64,000 nt of DNA, taken from assembly GCA_963757225.1 (NCBI GenBank), contig CAVWQU010000017.1, positions 8,866 to 72,865 of the forward strand. The letters are read 5' to 3'. The stretch is from an uncultured Actinomycetota bacterium. GTDB lineage: Bacteria > Actinomycetota > Actinomycetes > Actinomycetales > Dermatophilaceae. A model generated the notes under the pieces. The model was not told the DNA's origin. It searched no databases and saw only the letters and a program-made list of their open reading frames with translations. Shown here piece after piece: positions 41,073 to 51,096 of the stretch; position 1 is the first letter of the stretch, and the number at the start of each line of letters is the position of its first letter. The translations under genes were made by a program, and so were the position numbers.

Positions 41073-41954
41073 CTAGCCCGTGCGGTGGCTGAGGGCCACG
41101 TGCTGTCCGGTGAGGGACTCGAAGTGCTCCTGCATCCGCCGGATGTCGGCGTCCCGCCCGGTGAGGAGCCGGAAGGCGGCCGCGTGCTGGTGGACCGCCA
41201 TGGCCCCACCGGTCATCACCCGACAGCCGGCGGCGCGGGCGCGGTGCACCAGCCCGGTCTCGAGCGGGAAGTAGATGATGTCGGCCACCCACTGGTCCGG
41301 TCGCAGCAGGGTGGGGTCGAGAGGTAGCCCGGGATGCGCGTCCATCCCGACGGGCGTCGCCTGGATGAGCCCGCCGGCGTCGCGGAGCGCGGCGGCCAGG
41401 TCGGTGGTCGACGACACCCGGTCGGCCCCGACCAGCGCGCCCAGCCGGGCGGCCACCGCGGCGGCCCGGTCGCCGTCCTGGTCGACGATGTCGAGGTGCG
41501 CGGCGCCGTAGCGCAGCGCGCCGTACCCGACCGCCACCCCTGCGCCACCAGCGCCGAGGAGGACCATCCGGTCGCCGAGCGCCTCGGGCAGCGTGGCCCG
41601 CAGCGCCTCCGCGAAGCCGACCCAGTCGGTGTTGTGGCCGACACTCCGACCGTCACGGATGACGACGAGGTTCGTCGCGCCCAAGGCCCGCGCTTCTGGG
41701 CTGGCCTCGTCGACGTGGCCCATCATCGCGTTCTTGAACGGGTGCGTGACCGCCAACCCGTCGAACCCCAGCCGCACCGCCCACCGCAGCACGTCGGCAG
41801 TGTCTGGCAGGCCGAGGCCGGTATGCGTCGCGTCCACGAGGCGGTAGGCGAGGGAGAGGCCCTGGGCCTCTCCCTCGCTCTCCTGCAAGGGCTTCGCCAG
41901 TGAGCCGCCGATGTTGTCACCGAGGAGGCCGACCACGAAGGACGTGGTGGTCAT
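41073..41954 (-). CDS. Shikimate/quinate dehydrogenase family protein
   Basis: VTHPFK, GATNLV, GHNTD, GAGGAG, ATPVGM, DIIYFP. Confidence 0.88.
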   Translation of the reverse strand: MTTTSFVVGLLGDNIGGSLAKPLQESEGEAQGLSLAYRLVDATHTGLGLPDTADVLRWAVRLGFDGLAVTHPFKNAMMGHVDEASPEARALGATNLVVIRDGRSVGHNTDWVGFAEALRATLPEALGDRMVLLGAGGAGVAVGYGALRYGAAHLDIVDQDGDRAAAVAARLGALVGADRVSSTTDLAAALRDAGGLIQATPVGMDAHPGLPLDPTLLRPDQWVADIIYFPLETGLVHRARAAGCRVMTGGAMAVHQHAAAFRLLTGRDADIRRMQEHFESLTGQHVALSHRTG

Positions 41955-41996
41955 CGCGAGGACCCCTCTCGGATCGGTATGCGGCGGACGCTGGGC

Positions 41997-43388
41997 TCAG
42001 CTGGTGCGCAGTGCGCCGGTGGTGCCGACGGTACGCGTCGAGTCTTGCGGCTGGCCGAGTTCCGTCGTGGGGACGAGGTGCGTCTTCTTCGGGCCGGTGG
42101 CCACCGCGATCGCGGAGATCGCGCAGGCGATGGCGGCGAAGATCGCCACCCGGCTCCACCCGTCGCTACCGGTGCCGGCGAGGGCGGCAGCGATGGTGGG
42201 CGTGAAGCCGGCCAGACCGAAACCGAACTGGGTGCCGATCGCCATGCCGGACAGCCGCACATTGGTCGGGAAGTACTCCGCGTACGTCGCCGGCCACACC
42301 GCGTTGGTCATGCTGTAGACGACCCCGGCGAGGAGCAGGCCGACGGTCCAGACGAGGACCCCGTTCTTCGAGGCGATCGCGGCCATGTACGCCACCGCCA
42401 GGATGCCCGACCCGATGGCGCCCGTGACGAAGATCGGCTTGCGGCCGACCTTGTCGGAAAGGGTCGCCCAGACCGGGATGATCGCGATGGCGATGAGGTT
42501 CGCCACGATGGCGATCCACAGCATGAACGTCGAGGAGAAGCCGTTGCCGTACGTCGCCGAGGTGGCGAAGGTCAGCGCGAAAACGGTGTAAAGCGTGTTG
42601 ATCATCGCGATGAACGCCGCGAACATCACCCGGAGCACGCCCCGCCAGTGGTACTTGAACAGGAAGGCCAGCGGGGTCTTCGGGACGTCGCCGTGGGCGA
42701 CCTCCTCGGAGAAGGCGGGGGTCTCCTCGAGCCGGCGCCGGATGATGTAGCCGGCCGCGACGACCACGGCGCTGAGCAGGAACGGGATCCGCCAGCCCCA
42801 GGTCAACAGCTGCTCCTCTGAGAGGAGTGCCGCCAAGGGGAGGAACACGGCGGGGGCCAGCACCTGGCCGCCCTGGGTCCCGCTGAGGGTCCAGCTGGTG
42901 AAGAAACCGCGCCGGTTGTCGGGCGCGTGCTCGAAGGACATCGAGTTGGCACCCGCCTGCTCACCCGAAGCCGAGAGGCCCTGCAGGAGACGCAGGACGA
43001 CGAGGAGGATCGGCGCCAGGATGCCGATGTGGTCGTAGGTCGGCAGGCAGCCCACGAGGAACGTCGAGAGTCCCATGAGCAGCAGCGTGCCGATGAGCAC
43101 CGGCTTGCGGCCCAGCTTGTCGCCGAGGTGACCCATGAAGAACGACCCGATCGGCCGAGCCACGTAGCCCACACCGAACGTCGCGAGCGAGGCGACGGTC
43201 GCGGCTGCGGCATTACCGGTGGGGAAGAAGATCTTCGGGAACACCAGCGCAGCGGCGGACCCGTAGATGACGAAGTCGTAGTACTCCAGCGCGCTGCCGA
43301 CCCACGCGGCGATGGCGGCCTTCTTCGGCGTCCGGGCGGGAAGCCCGTCGGCGGGGACCGCAGCGGCGGCCGAGTTCGTGTCTGGCAT
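41997..43388 (-). CDS. MFS transporter, MHS family (shikimate/quinate-type)
   Basis: GSALEYYDF, GDKLGRK, RLLQGLSASGE, WGWRIPF, LEETP. Confidence 0.88.
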   Translation of the reverse strand: MPDTNSAAAAVPADGLPARTPKKAAIAAWVGSALEYYDFVIYGSAAALVFPKIFFPTGNAAAATVASLATFGVGYVARPIGSFFMGHLGDKLGRKPVLIGTLLLMGLSTFLVGCLPTYDHIGILAPILLVVLRLLQGLSASGEQAGANSMSFEHAPDNRRGFFTSWTLSGTQGGQVLAPAVFLPLAALLSEEQLLTWGWRIPFLLSAVVVAAGYIIRRRLEETPAFSEEVAHGDVPKTPLAFLFKYHWRGVLRVMFAAFIAMINTLYTVFALTFATSATYGNGFSSTFMLWIAIVANLIAIAIIPVWATLSDKVGRKPIFVTGAIGSGILAVAYMAAIASKNGVLVWTVGLLLAGVVYSMTNAVWPATYAEYFPTNVRLSGMAIGTQFGFGLAGFTPTIAAALAGTGSDGWSRVAIFAAIACAISAIAVATGPKKTHLVPTTELGQPQDSTRTVGTTGALRTS

Positions 43389-43471
43389 CGTTGCCAACCC
43401 TTCGCGAGGATCGCCGGGACGGTGTGTCCAGCGATGGACGTGGGGGGAACCGTAGGACCGGCGCAGACATG

Positions 43472-43489
43472 ATGGCAAACGTTTGCCAT
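43472..43489. promoter_or_regulatory. LacI-type operator
   Basis: Perfect palindrome ATGGCAAACGTTTGCCAT with central CG. Weaker copy TGGCATCGTTGCCA at 43383-43396 overlaps the MFS start. Confidence 0.8.
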
Positions 43490-43499
43490 AATTTGCCAC

Positions 43500-44531
43500 A
43501 TGCCTCCGCTGCGCCGTCCGCGAGCCGTGACGATCACCGACGTGGCGCGGGCCGCCGGCGTGGCGCCGTCCACCGTGTCACGGGCGGTCACGCGCCCGGA
43601 CCGGGTCAACGCGGTGACCCGTGAGCACGTCCTCCAGGTGGCGAACCGCCTTGGCTACCGGCCCAGCCCGGTCGCGAGGGCGCTCGGCAGCGGCCGCACC
43701 CGGACCCTGGCCCTGATCCTTCCCGACATCACCAACCCCTACTTCGCCGGTGTCATCCGCGGCGCCGAGCGCCAGGCGGCGGCAACCGGCCACGTCCTCG
43801 TCATCGGGAGCTCGGAGGAGTCGGGCCGGGCCGAGTGGCGGATCGTGGAGAAGCTGGCCGGATCGGTGGACGGGTTTCTCGTCGTGTCGAGCCGGATGAG
43901 CGACCAGCGGATCCTCCAGACCGCCGGCCTGCGCCCGGTCGTCCTGGTCAACCGACAGACTCCCGGCGTCACCAGCGTCAGCCCCGACCAGGAGTCGGGG
44001 ACGCGGCAGATCATCGAGCACCTCTGGTCGCTGGGCCACCGCGAGCTGCTCTTCCTGGCCGGTCCACCGGAGTCGTGGCTGGGGGCCCGGCGCTGGGCCG
44101 GAATCAGTGCGGCGGCCAAGCGGCGGCGGATGACGGCGCGCCGGGTCGGCCCGTTCCCGCCGTCGATCGAGGGCGGCTACGTCGCGGGGGAGGCGGCCCT
44201 GTCCGACGCGGCCACCGCGGTCATCGCCCACAACGACCTGCTGGCCATCGGCGTCCTGTTGCGGCTGGCCTCCCGCGGCGTTCGGGTCCCCGACGAGGTC
44301 AGCGTCGTGGGCTTCGACAACATCTTCGGGTCCGACTGGTGCGACCCGCCGCTCACGACGCTCAGCGACCGCACCGACCAGGCCGGCCGCTCCGCCGTCG
44401 ACCTGCTCGTGTCACTCGTGGAGGAGCAGCCCGACGACGCGGAGCCGCCGGCGCAGATCGTCGCGCCGACCGAGCTGGTGATCCGCCGGTCCACCGGCCG
44501 CGCCCGGGTCGGGCGACTCGAGCCGGCATAG
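43500..44531 (+). CDS. LacI-family transcriptional regulator
   Basis: TITDVARAAGVAPSTVSR, NPYF, VSVVGFDN, PPLTT. Confidence 0.93.
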   Translation: MPPLRRPRAVTITDVARAAGVAPSTVSRAVTRPDRVNAVTREHVLQVANRLGYRPSPVARALGSGRTRTLALILPDITNPYFAGVIRGAERQAAATGHVLVIGSSEESGRAEWRIVEKLAGSVDGFLVVSSRMSDQRILQTAGLRPVVLVNRQTPGVTSVSPDQESGTRQIIEHLWSLGHRELLFLAGPPESWLGARRWAGISAAAKRRRMTARRVGPFPPSIEGGYVAGEAALSDAATAVIAHNDLLAIGVLLRLASRGVRVPDEVSVVGFDNIFGSDWCDPPLTTLSDRTDQAGRSAVDLLVSLVEEQPDDAEPPAQIVAPTELVIRRSTGRARVGRLEPA

Positions 44532-44544
44532 ATCTCCAGCCCCG

Positions 44545-45303
44545 TCAGGCCGGACGGCCCATGCTCCGTTCGATGCCGCTCGCGGCGACCTGCAGCGCCG
44601 ACACCAGGCGAGGGCGGTCGCGCCGCAGGCTGGGCACGACGATGCCCACGGACGCGACGACCTCGGTGCCCTGGCGGATCGGCACCGCCACGGAACAGGC
44701 GCCCAGGGTCATCTCCTCGACCGTCGTCGCATACCCCTCGGCCCGGACCCGACGCAGCTGCTCGGCGAGGAGACCGGGCGCGGTGACGGTATGCCGGGTC
44801 ACCCGCCGCAGCCTCGAGCGCAGCACTTCTCGCTGGACCGGCTCCGGAGCGAACGCCAGGAGCACCTTGCCGACTCCGGTGCAGTGCAACGGGAGCCGGG
44901 AGCCGACCGTGCTGACGATGGGCACGGAGGCGCGTCCGGACAGCCGTTCCACGTAGAGGACCTGGTGGCGGTCGCGCACGGCCAGGTGCACGGTGGCGAG
45001 GGTCGCCGCATACACGTCGTGGAGGAACGGGGACGCGGCCTGCCGCAGCCCGGTCTGGACCGGGGCCAGCAGGCCGACGTCCCAGATCCGCCGTCCGACG
45101 GCGTAGCGGCCGTCCGCCAGACGGGTCAGCGCGCCCCAGTCGACGAGCTCGCCGACCAGCCGATGGGCCGTCGGTATCGGCATCCCGGCCCGGGCGGCCA
45201 GCTCGGTCAGGCTGAGCATCCGGTGCCGCTGGTCGAACGCGCCGAGCAGCGACAGGGCGCGGGACGTGACGGTGGTCCCCGGCGTGGAGGTGTTGCCGGC
45301 CAT
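44545..45303 (-). CDS. pcaR: IclR-family regulator, PcaR-like
   Basis: SRALSLL..TAHRL HTH, GSRLPLHCTGVGK; divergent from pcaH. Confidence 0.85.
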   Translation of the reverse strand: MAGNTSTPGTTVTSRALSLLGAFDQRHRMLSLTELAARAGMPIPTAHRLVGELVDWGALTRLADGRYAVGRRIWDVGLLAPVQTGLRQAASPFLHDVYAATLATVHLAVRDRHQVLYVERLSGRASVPIVSTVGSRLPLHCTGVGKVLLAFAPEPVQREVLRSRLRRVTRHTVTAPGLLAEQLRRVRAEGYATTVEEMTLGACSVAVPIRQGTEVVASVGIVVPSLRRDRPRLVSALQVAASGIERSMGRPA

Positions 45304-45311
45304 CCGACCCC

Positions 45312-45326
45312 TTCCACTCAGCGGAA
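45312..45326. promoter_or_regulatory. Candidate IclR/PcaR operator
   Basis: TTCCACTCAGCGGAA imperfect palindrome in the pcaR-pcaH spacer. Confidence 0.6.
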
Positions 45327-45371
45327 CCTCATTCTGACGCACACCCGTCCCCGGGGCCTACCGTGACGGGC

Positions 45372-46145
45372 ATGACGACGACCGTCTCCTCCGACTCGGC
45401 CGCATCGACCCAGGCCGAGGTGAGCCGGGAGATCGCCGACATCGCCACCGCGTACCAGGCCTCCGGCGCCGAGGAGACGCAGCCGCGGCTGGACTACGCG
45501 CCGTACCGGAGCAGCCTGCTGCGGCACCCGACCAAGGACCTGCACCACGCCGACCCGGAGACCATCGAGCTCTGGGCACCGTGCTTCGGGCAGCGCGACG
45601 TGGCCCCCCTCGAGGCGGACCTCACCATCCAGGACGGCGGCGAGCCGCTGGGGGAGCGCATCGTGGTCACCGGGCGCGTGCTCGACGGTCAGGGCCGACC
45701 GGTCGCCGGCCAGCTGGTCGAGATCTGGCAGGCCAATGCCGGCGGTCGCTACATCCACAAGCGTGACCAGCACCCGGCCCCGCTCGACCCGCACTTCACC
45801 GGTGTCGGGCGCTGCCTGACCGCGCCGGACGGCACCTACCGGTTCCAGACGATCAAGCCGGGGCCGTACCCGTGGAAGAACCACCACAACGCCTGGCGCC
45901 CCGCGCACATCCACTTCTCGCTCTTCGGGACCGACTTCACGCAGCGCATGGTCACCCAGATGTACTTCCCCGGTGATCCGCTCTTCGCCCTGGACCCGAT
46001 CTACCAGGCCATCACCGACCAGCGGGCGCGCGACCGGCTCATCGCGACCTACGACCACGACGTCACCCAGCACGAGTGGTCGACCGGCTATCGATGGGAC
46101 ATCGTTCTCACTGGGAGCCAGAAGACCCTGATGGAGGAGTCGTGA
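45372..46145 (+). CDS. pcaH: Protocatechuate 3,4-dioxygenase beta subunit
   Basis: EIWQANAGGRYIH, KPGPYPW, WRPAHIHFS, TQMYF. Confidence 0.95.
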   Translation: MTTTVSSDSAASTQAEVSREIADIATAYQASGAEETQPRLDYAPYRSSLLRHPTKDLHHADPETIELWAPCFGQRDVAPLEADLTIQDGGEPLGERIVVTGRVLDGQGRPVAGQLVEIWQANAGGRYIHKRDQHPAPLDPHFTGVGRCLTAPDGTYRFQTIKPGPYPWKNHHNAWRPAHIHFSLFGTDFTQRMVTQMYFPGDPLFALDPIYQAITDQRARDRLIATYDHDVTQHEWSTGYRWDIVLTGSQKTLMEES

Positions 46146-46699
46146 CCGCGCTCGTGCCCACGCCCGGACAGACCGTCGGGCCGTTCTTCGGGTATGCCTT
46201 GCCGTTCGACCGCGACAACGAGCTGGTGCCGCTGTCGCACCCGTCCGCCGTTCGGTTGCACGGCCGGGTGACCGACGGACACGGCGTCGGGGTGCCCGAC
46301 GCGCTGCTCGAGCTGTGGCAGGCCGCACCCGACGGTTCCGTGGTGCAGCAGGACGGTTCGTTGCACCGGGACGGCTGGACGTTCACCGGGTGGGGTCGCG
46401 CGTCCACCGACGCCGACGGGCACTACGTCTTCACGACCCTGCGCCCGGGCGCGACCGAGGCGGGCCGGGCGCCGTTCTTCGCCGTGACCGTGTTCGCCCG
46501 GGGGCTGCTGAACCGGCTCTTCACCCGCGCCTACCTCCCCGACGACGCGGAGGCCCTGGCCGGCGACCCTCTGCTCGGGTCGCTCGACGCCGACCGCCGG
46601 GCGACGCTGGTCAGTCGCGCGGACGAGCACGGGTACGCCTTCGACGTGGCGCTCCAGGGCGACGGCGAGACGGTGTTCCTGCGGTACCCGGGCCAATGA
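46142..46699 (+). CDS. pcaG: Protocatechuate 3,4-dioxygenase alpha subunit
   Basis: TPGQTVGPFF, LELWQA, FARGLL, LQGDGETVF. Confidence 0.95.
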   Translation: MTALVPTPGQTVGPFFGYALPFDRDNELVPLSHPSAVRLHGRVTDGHGVGVPDALLELWQAAPDGSVVQQDGSLHRDGWTFTGWGRASTDADGHYVFTTLRPGATEAGRAPFFAVTVFARGLLNRLFTRAYLPDDAEALAGDPLLGSLDADRRATLVSRADEHGYAFDVALQGDGETVFLRYPGQ

Positions 46700-47937
46700 C
46701 CGACCTCTTCTGGCCCGGTGACGAGCGCGCCGGCGACACGATGTCCGAGTGGGCCTTCCTGGAGGCCATGGTCCGCGTCGAGGAGAGCTGGCTCGCCGGT
46801 CTGGTCTCCTTCGGGATCGCCCCGTACGCGGCCAAGGCGGACCTCGCCGGGCTCGTCGGACCGGCGGACGTCGAGGATCTTGCGACCGCTGCCGAGGCGG
46901 GCGCGAACCCGGTGATCCCCCTGGTGTCGTTGCTGCGCGGGCGGGTTCGCGAGGCCAACGAGGAGGCGGCGACCTGGCTGCACCGCGGGCTCACCAGCCA
47001 GGACGTGGTCGACACGGCGATGGTGCTCTGCTGTGACGAGGCGCTCGGCCGGGTGGAGTCTGACCTTCGTGACCAGGTCGCCGCGCTGGTTCGGCTCGCC
47101 GACGAGCACCGGACGACGGTGATGGCCGGCCGAACCCTGACGCAGCACGCGGTCCCGATCTCCTTCGGGCTGAAGGCATCCGGCTGGCTGGTCGGCGTCC
47201 TCGACGCCGCCGACGCGGTCGGGAGCGCGCGAGCCGCGCTCGCGGTCCAGGTTGGCGGAGCCGCGGGAAGCTTGGCCGCGACGACCGAGCTCGCCCGCGC
47301 GGCCGGCCTGGCCGACCCGCCGGCGGTCGCCATGGCCATGGCGGAGGGTCTGGCGGCGGCTCTCGGACTCCGGACGCGGCCGCCGTGGCACACGTCGCGA
47401 CGCCCGATGACGCGGGTCGGTGATGCTCTGGTAGCCGCAACGGACTCCTGGGGCCGGATCGCGTCGGACGTGGCGACCCTCGGGCGGCCCGAGATCGGTG
47501 AGCTGTCCGAGCCGGCGGTGGCCGGTCGCGGCGGCTCCTCGACCATGCCGCAGAAGCAGAACCCCGTGCTGTCCGTGCTGGTCCGCCGGGCCGCGATCAC
47601 CGCCCCCGGCCTGGCGGCCACCCTGCATACGGCAGCGGCGCTGGCCGTCGACGAGCGACCGGACGGGTCGTGGCACGCCGAGTGGGCGACGCTGCGGACC
47701 CTCGCCCGCCACGCCGTCGTGGCGGCGTCGCAGACCACCGAGCTGCTCGCCGGCCTCCGGGTCAATGCGGATCGGATGACGGAAACCGTTGTGCGTGCAC
47801 GCGGCTCGCTGCTCGCCGAGCGCACGTCGATCACCGGGGACGACACCGGCGAGCCCGGCGACTACCTCGGCGCAGCCGACGCGGTCATCGACGCGGTGGT
47901 GCGGCGTGCTCGCGGCCGTCTGGAGGAGCCCGCATGA
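46696..47937 (+). CDS. pcaB: 3-carboxy-cis,cis-muconate cycloisomerase
   Basis: HRGLTSQDVVDT, GRTLTQHA, GSSTMPQKQNP fumarase-superfamily signature. Confidence 0.9.
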   Translation: MTDLFWPGDERAGDTMSEWAFLEAMVRVEESWLAGLVSFGIAPYAAKADLAGLVGPADVEDLATAAEAGANPVIPLVSLLRGRVREANEEAATWLHRGLTSQDVVDTAMVLCCDEALGRVESDLRDQVAALVRLADEHRTTVMAGRTLTQHAVPISFGLKASGWLVGVLDAADAVGSARAALAVQVGGAAGSLAATTELARAAGLADPPAVAMAMAEGLAAALGLRTRPPWHTSRRPMTRVGDALVAATDSWGRIASDVATLGRPEIGELSEPAVAGRGGSSTMPQKQNPVLSVLVRRAAITAPGLAATLHTAAALAVDERPDGSWHAEWATLRTLARHAVVAASQTTELLAGLRVNADRMTETVVRARGSLLAERTSITGDDTGEPGDYLGAADAVIDAVVRRARGRLEEPA

Positions 47938-49178
47938 GCCTTCGCCTCGTCGGGACGCAGCTGAGTGACCCCGGACCGGTGGGCGCCCGCAAGCCCCTGC
48001 TCGTTCTCGGCCCGTCGCTGGGGACCTCGGTCCACGCGCTGTGGGCCCCCTGCATCGGCGGGCTCGCCGACCGGTTCCACCTGGTCGGCTGGGATCTGCC
48101 CGGCCACGGTGCGAGTCCGGCGGCGAACGGGTCGACGATGGACTTCGCCGACTTGGCTGGCGCGGTCGTCGACCTCGTCGACGCGGTCCAGGAGGAACGG
48201 GGAGAGCCGACCGGACCGTTCACCTACGCCGGTGACTCGGCCAGCGGAGCAGTCGGCCTCCAGCTGTTCCTCGACGCCCCGGACCGGGTGCGCGCCGCCG
48301 TGATCCTCTGCAGCAGCGCGGCGTTCGGGGTGATGCCCGGCTGGCTGGACCGAGCGGCCGCCGCCCGCGCCAGCGGGACCGCGTCCCTGGTGCCGCTGTC
48401 CCTGCAACGGTGGTTCACCGACGGGTTCGCCGACCGCGAACCGGAGCGGGTGTCGGCGCTCCTGCACTCGCTGCGCGAGGTGGACGACGAGAGCTACGCC
48501 CAGGTCTGCGAGGCCCTGTCCCGGTTCGACGTCCGGAACCGTCTCGGAGAGATCATCGTCCCGGTCCTCGCGGTCGCCGGCTCCGAGGACGTGGCCACGC
48601 CGCCCGCCCTGCTGGAGGAGATCGCCGCCGGCATCCCCGGTACGCGGCTCATGGTCCTCGACGGCGTCGCGCACCTGCCGCCGGCCGAGGCGCCGTCGGT
48701 GGTCGTCAAGCTGCTCGCGCAGCACCTGGAGCCGCGGGAGGACGCGACCACCCGCATACCCTCCGTCCCCGAGCCCGTGGCGGACCCCCTCTACGAACAG
48801 GGAATGGCCGTCCGCCGCGCGGTCCTGGGCGACGCCCACGTCGACCGGGCGAACGCCGCGCTCACCGACCTGACCGGCGACTTCCAGGAGCTCATCACGC
48901 GCTACGCCTGGGGGTCGATCTGGACCCGGCCGGGCCTCGACCGGCGCAGCCGCTCGATGATCACCCTCACCGCCCTCATCGCTCGCGGTCACCACGAGGA
49001 GCTGGCCATGCACCTGCGGGCCGCCCGCACCAACGGCCTGACCGACGACGAGATCAAGGAGGTCATCCTCCAGAGCGCGATCTACTGCGGCGTCCCGGAC
49101 GCCAACACCGCCTTCCGCGTGGCCCAGACCGTGCTGTCGGAGGCCCCGCAACCCGTACCGACCGAGGAGCAGCCCTGA
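47934..49178 (+). CDS. pcaL: Fused 3-oxoadipate enol-lactonase / 4-carboxymuconolactone decarboxylase (PcaD-PcaC)
   Basis: N-terminal hydrolase (PSLGT, DLPGHG); C-terminal CMD domain (FQELITRYAWG, AIYCGVP). Confidence 0.9.
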   Translation: MSLRLVGTQLSDPGPVGARKPLLVLGPSLGTSVHALWAPCIGGLADRFHLVGWDLPGHGASPAANGSTMDFADLAGAVVDLVDAVQEERGEPTGPFTYAGDSASGAVGLQLFLDAPDRVRAAVILCSSAAFGVMPGWLDRAAAARASGTASLVPLSLQRWFTDGFADREPERVSALLHSLREVDDESYAQVCEALSRFDVRNRLGEIIVPVLAVAGSEDVATPPALLEEIAAGIPGTRLMVLDGVAHLPPAEAPSVVVKLLAQHLEPREDATTRIPSVPEPVADPLYEQGMAVRRAVLGDAHVDRANAALTDLTGDFQELITRYAWGSIWTRPGLDRRSRSMITLTALIARGHHEELAMHLRAARTNGLTDDEIKEVILQSAIYCGVPDANTAFRVAQTVLSEAPQPVPTEEQP

Positions 49179-50377
49179 TGACGCACCACACCGGTGAGTC
49201 CGCCTACGTCTACGCGGCGGTGCGGACGCCGTTCGGCAAGTTCAACGGAGGTCTGGCCGGGGTCCGCCCCGACGACCTGGCCGCCACGGCGATGCGCGGG
49301 GTGCTGGCGCGGGTACCGGACCTGGACCCCCAGGACATCGGCGACGTCGTCTGGGGCAACGCCAACGGTGCCGGCGAGGACAACCGCAACGTCGGCCGGA
49401 TGGCCGTGCTGCTGTCCGGGCTCCCAGTCACGCTGCCCGCGACGACGGTCAACCGTTTGTGCGGATCGAGCCTCGACGCGGCCATGATCGGGTCGCGGAC
49501 GGTCGAGTCCGGCGACACCGACGTCGTCCTGGTCGGTGGGGTGGAGTCGATGACCCGCGCGCCGTGGGTGCTGCCCAAGCCCGCTCGCCCGTTCCCCGCC
49601 GGCGACATGACGGCGGTGTCGACGACGCTCGGGTGGCGTCTCGTCAACCCGAGGATGCCGGCCGAGTGGACGGCGTCCCTGGGGGAGTGCAACGAGCAGC
49701 TGCAGGAGAAGTTCGCGATCTCTCGGGAGCGGCAGGACGCGTTCGCGACGCGTTCGCACCAGCTGGCCGACGCGGCGTGGAGCGAGGGGTTCTACGACGA
49801 CCTCACGGTCGCCGTGCCGGGCACGGAGGTCACGCGCGACGAGTCGATCCGGCCGGGCACGTCGATGGAGAAGCTGGCCACCCTGACGCCGTCGTTTCGC
49901 GTGGAGGGCACCATCACGGCCGGTAACGCGTCGCCCCTCAACGACGGTGCCTCGGCCGTGGTCCTCGGTTCTCGAGCCGCGTCGTCGCGGATCGGCAGCG
50001 CGCCTCTTGCTCGGGTCGCCGGCCGGGCGGCGGCCGCGCTCGAGCCGCAGATGTTCGGCTACGCGCCGGTCGAGGCGGCCGAGAAGGCCTTGCAGCGAGC
50101 GGGGATCGGGTGGTCGGACATCGGAGCCGTCGAGCTGAACGAGGCGTTCGCCGTGCAGTCCCTGGCCTGTGTCGACGCCTGGGGCGTGGATCCCGACATC
50201 GTCAACGCGAAGGGCGGCGCCATCGCCATCGGCCATCCACTCGGGGCCTCCGGTGGTCGCATCCTCGGGACGCTGGTCAAGCGGATGCGCGACGGCGGTC
50301 ACCGGTGGGGTGTCGCCGCGATCTGCATCGGCGTCGGCCAGGGTCTGGCGGTCGTGCTCGAGAACGAGGACGCGTGA
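49178..50377 (+). CDS. pcaF: 3-oxoadipyl-CoA thiolase
   Basis: NRLCGSS, GVESM, NEAFA, GHPLGASG, CIGVGQG. Confidence 0.9.
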   Translation: MTHHTGESAYVYAAVRTPFGKFNGGLAGVRPDDLAATAMRGVLARVPDLDPQDIGDVVWGNANGAGEDNRNVGRMAVLLSGLPVTLPATTVNRLCGSSLDAAMIGSRTVESGDTDVVLVGGVESMTRAPWVLPKPARPFPAGDMTAVSTTLGWRLVNPRMPAEWTASLGECNEQLQEKFAISRERQDAFATRSHQLADAAWSEGFYDDLTVAVPGTEVTRDESIRPGTSMEKLATLTPSFRVEGTITAGNASPLNDGASAVVLGSRAASSRIGSAPLARVAGRAAAALEPQMFGYAPVEAAEKALQRAGIGWSDIGAVELNEAFAVQSLACVDAWGVDPDIVNAKGGAIAIGHPLGASGGRILGTLVKRMRDGGHRWGVAAICIGVGQGLAVVLENEDA

Positions 50378-51096
50378 TGTCGCGGGTCTCGGTCGTGGTC
50401 GACCCGGACGAGGCGGTGGCGGGCATCGCCGACGGTTCCACGGTTCTGGTCGGTGGCTTCGGCATGGCCGGTATGCCGGTCGACCTCATCGACGCCCTCA
50501 TCCGACAGGGCGCGTCGGACCTCACGGTCGTGTCCAACAACGCCGGCAACGGCGACACCGGTCTGGCCGCCCTGCTGGCGGCCGGCCGGGTGCGGAAGAT
50601 GGTCTGCTCGTTCCCGCGTCAGTCCGACTCGTGGGTGTTCGACGGGCTGTACCGGGCGGGCAAGGTGCAGCTCGAGGTGGTCCCGCAGGGAAACCTGGCC
50701 GAGCGGATGCGGGCCGCCGGAGCGGGGATCGGGGCGTTCTTCTCGCCGACCAGCGTCGGCACCCCGCTCGCTGAGGGCAAGGAGACACGGACCATCGACG
50801 GCCGCGACTACGTGCTGGAGCTCCCGATCCGCGGTGACGTCGCCCTGATCCATGCCCACGTGTCCGACGCGATGGGAAACCTCGTCTACCGCAAGACCGC
50901 CCGCAACTTCGGGCCGGTGATGGCGGCCGCGGCGGCGTTGACCATCGCCGAGGTGTCGCGGGTCGTGCCCGTCGGCGGCCTGGACCCGGAGAACGTCGTC
51001 ACGCCGTCGATCTTCGTCAACCGGGTCCTGGACCTCTCGGGAGTCGGGGCCGGCAGGGGGTCGGCTCGAGAGCCGGCCCGAACGGAGGCGTCATGA
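50377..51096 (+). CDS. pcaI: 3-oxoadipate CoA-transferase subunit A
   Basis: GGFGMAG, SNNAG, PQGNLAERMRAAGAGI, KTARNF. Confidence 0.92.
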   Translation: MSRVSVVVDPDEAVAGIADGSTVLVGGFGMAGMPVDLIDALIRQGASDLTVVSNNAGNGDTGLAALLAAGRVRKMVCSFPRQSDSWVFDGLYRAGKVQLEVVPQGNLAERMRAAGAGIGAFFSPTSVGTPLAEGKETRTIDGRDYVLELPIRGDVALIHAHVSDAMGNLVYRKTARNFGPVMAAAAALTIAEVSRVVPVGGLDPENVVTPSIFVNRVLDLSGVGAGRGSAREPARTEAS

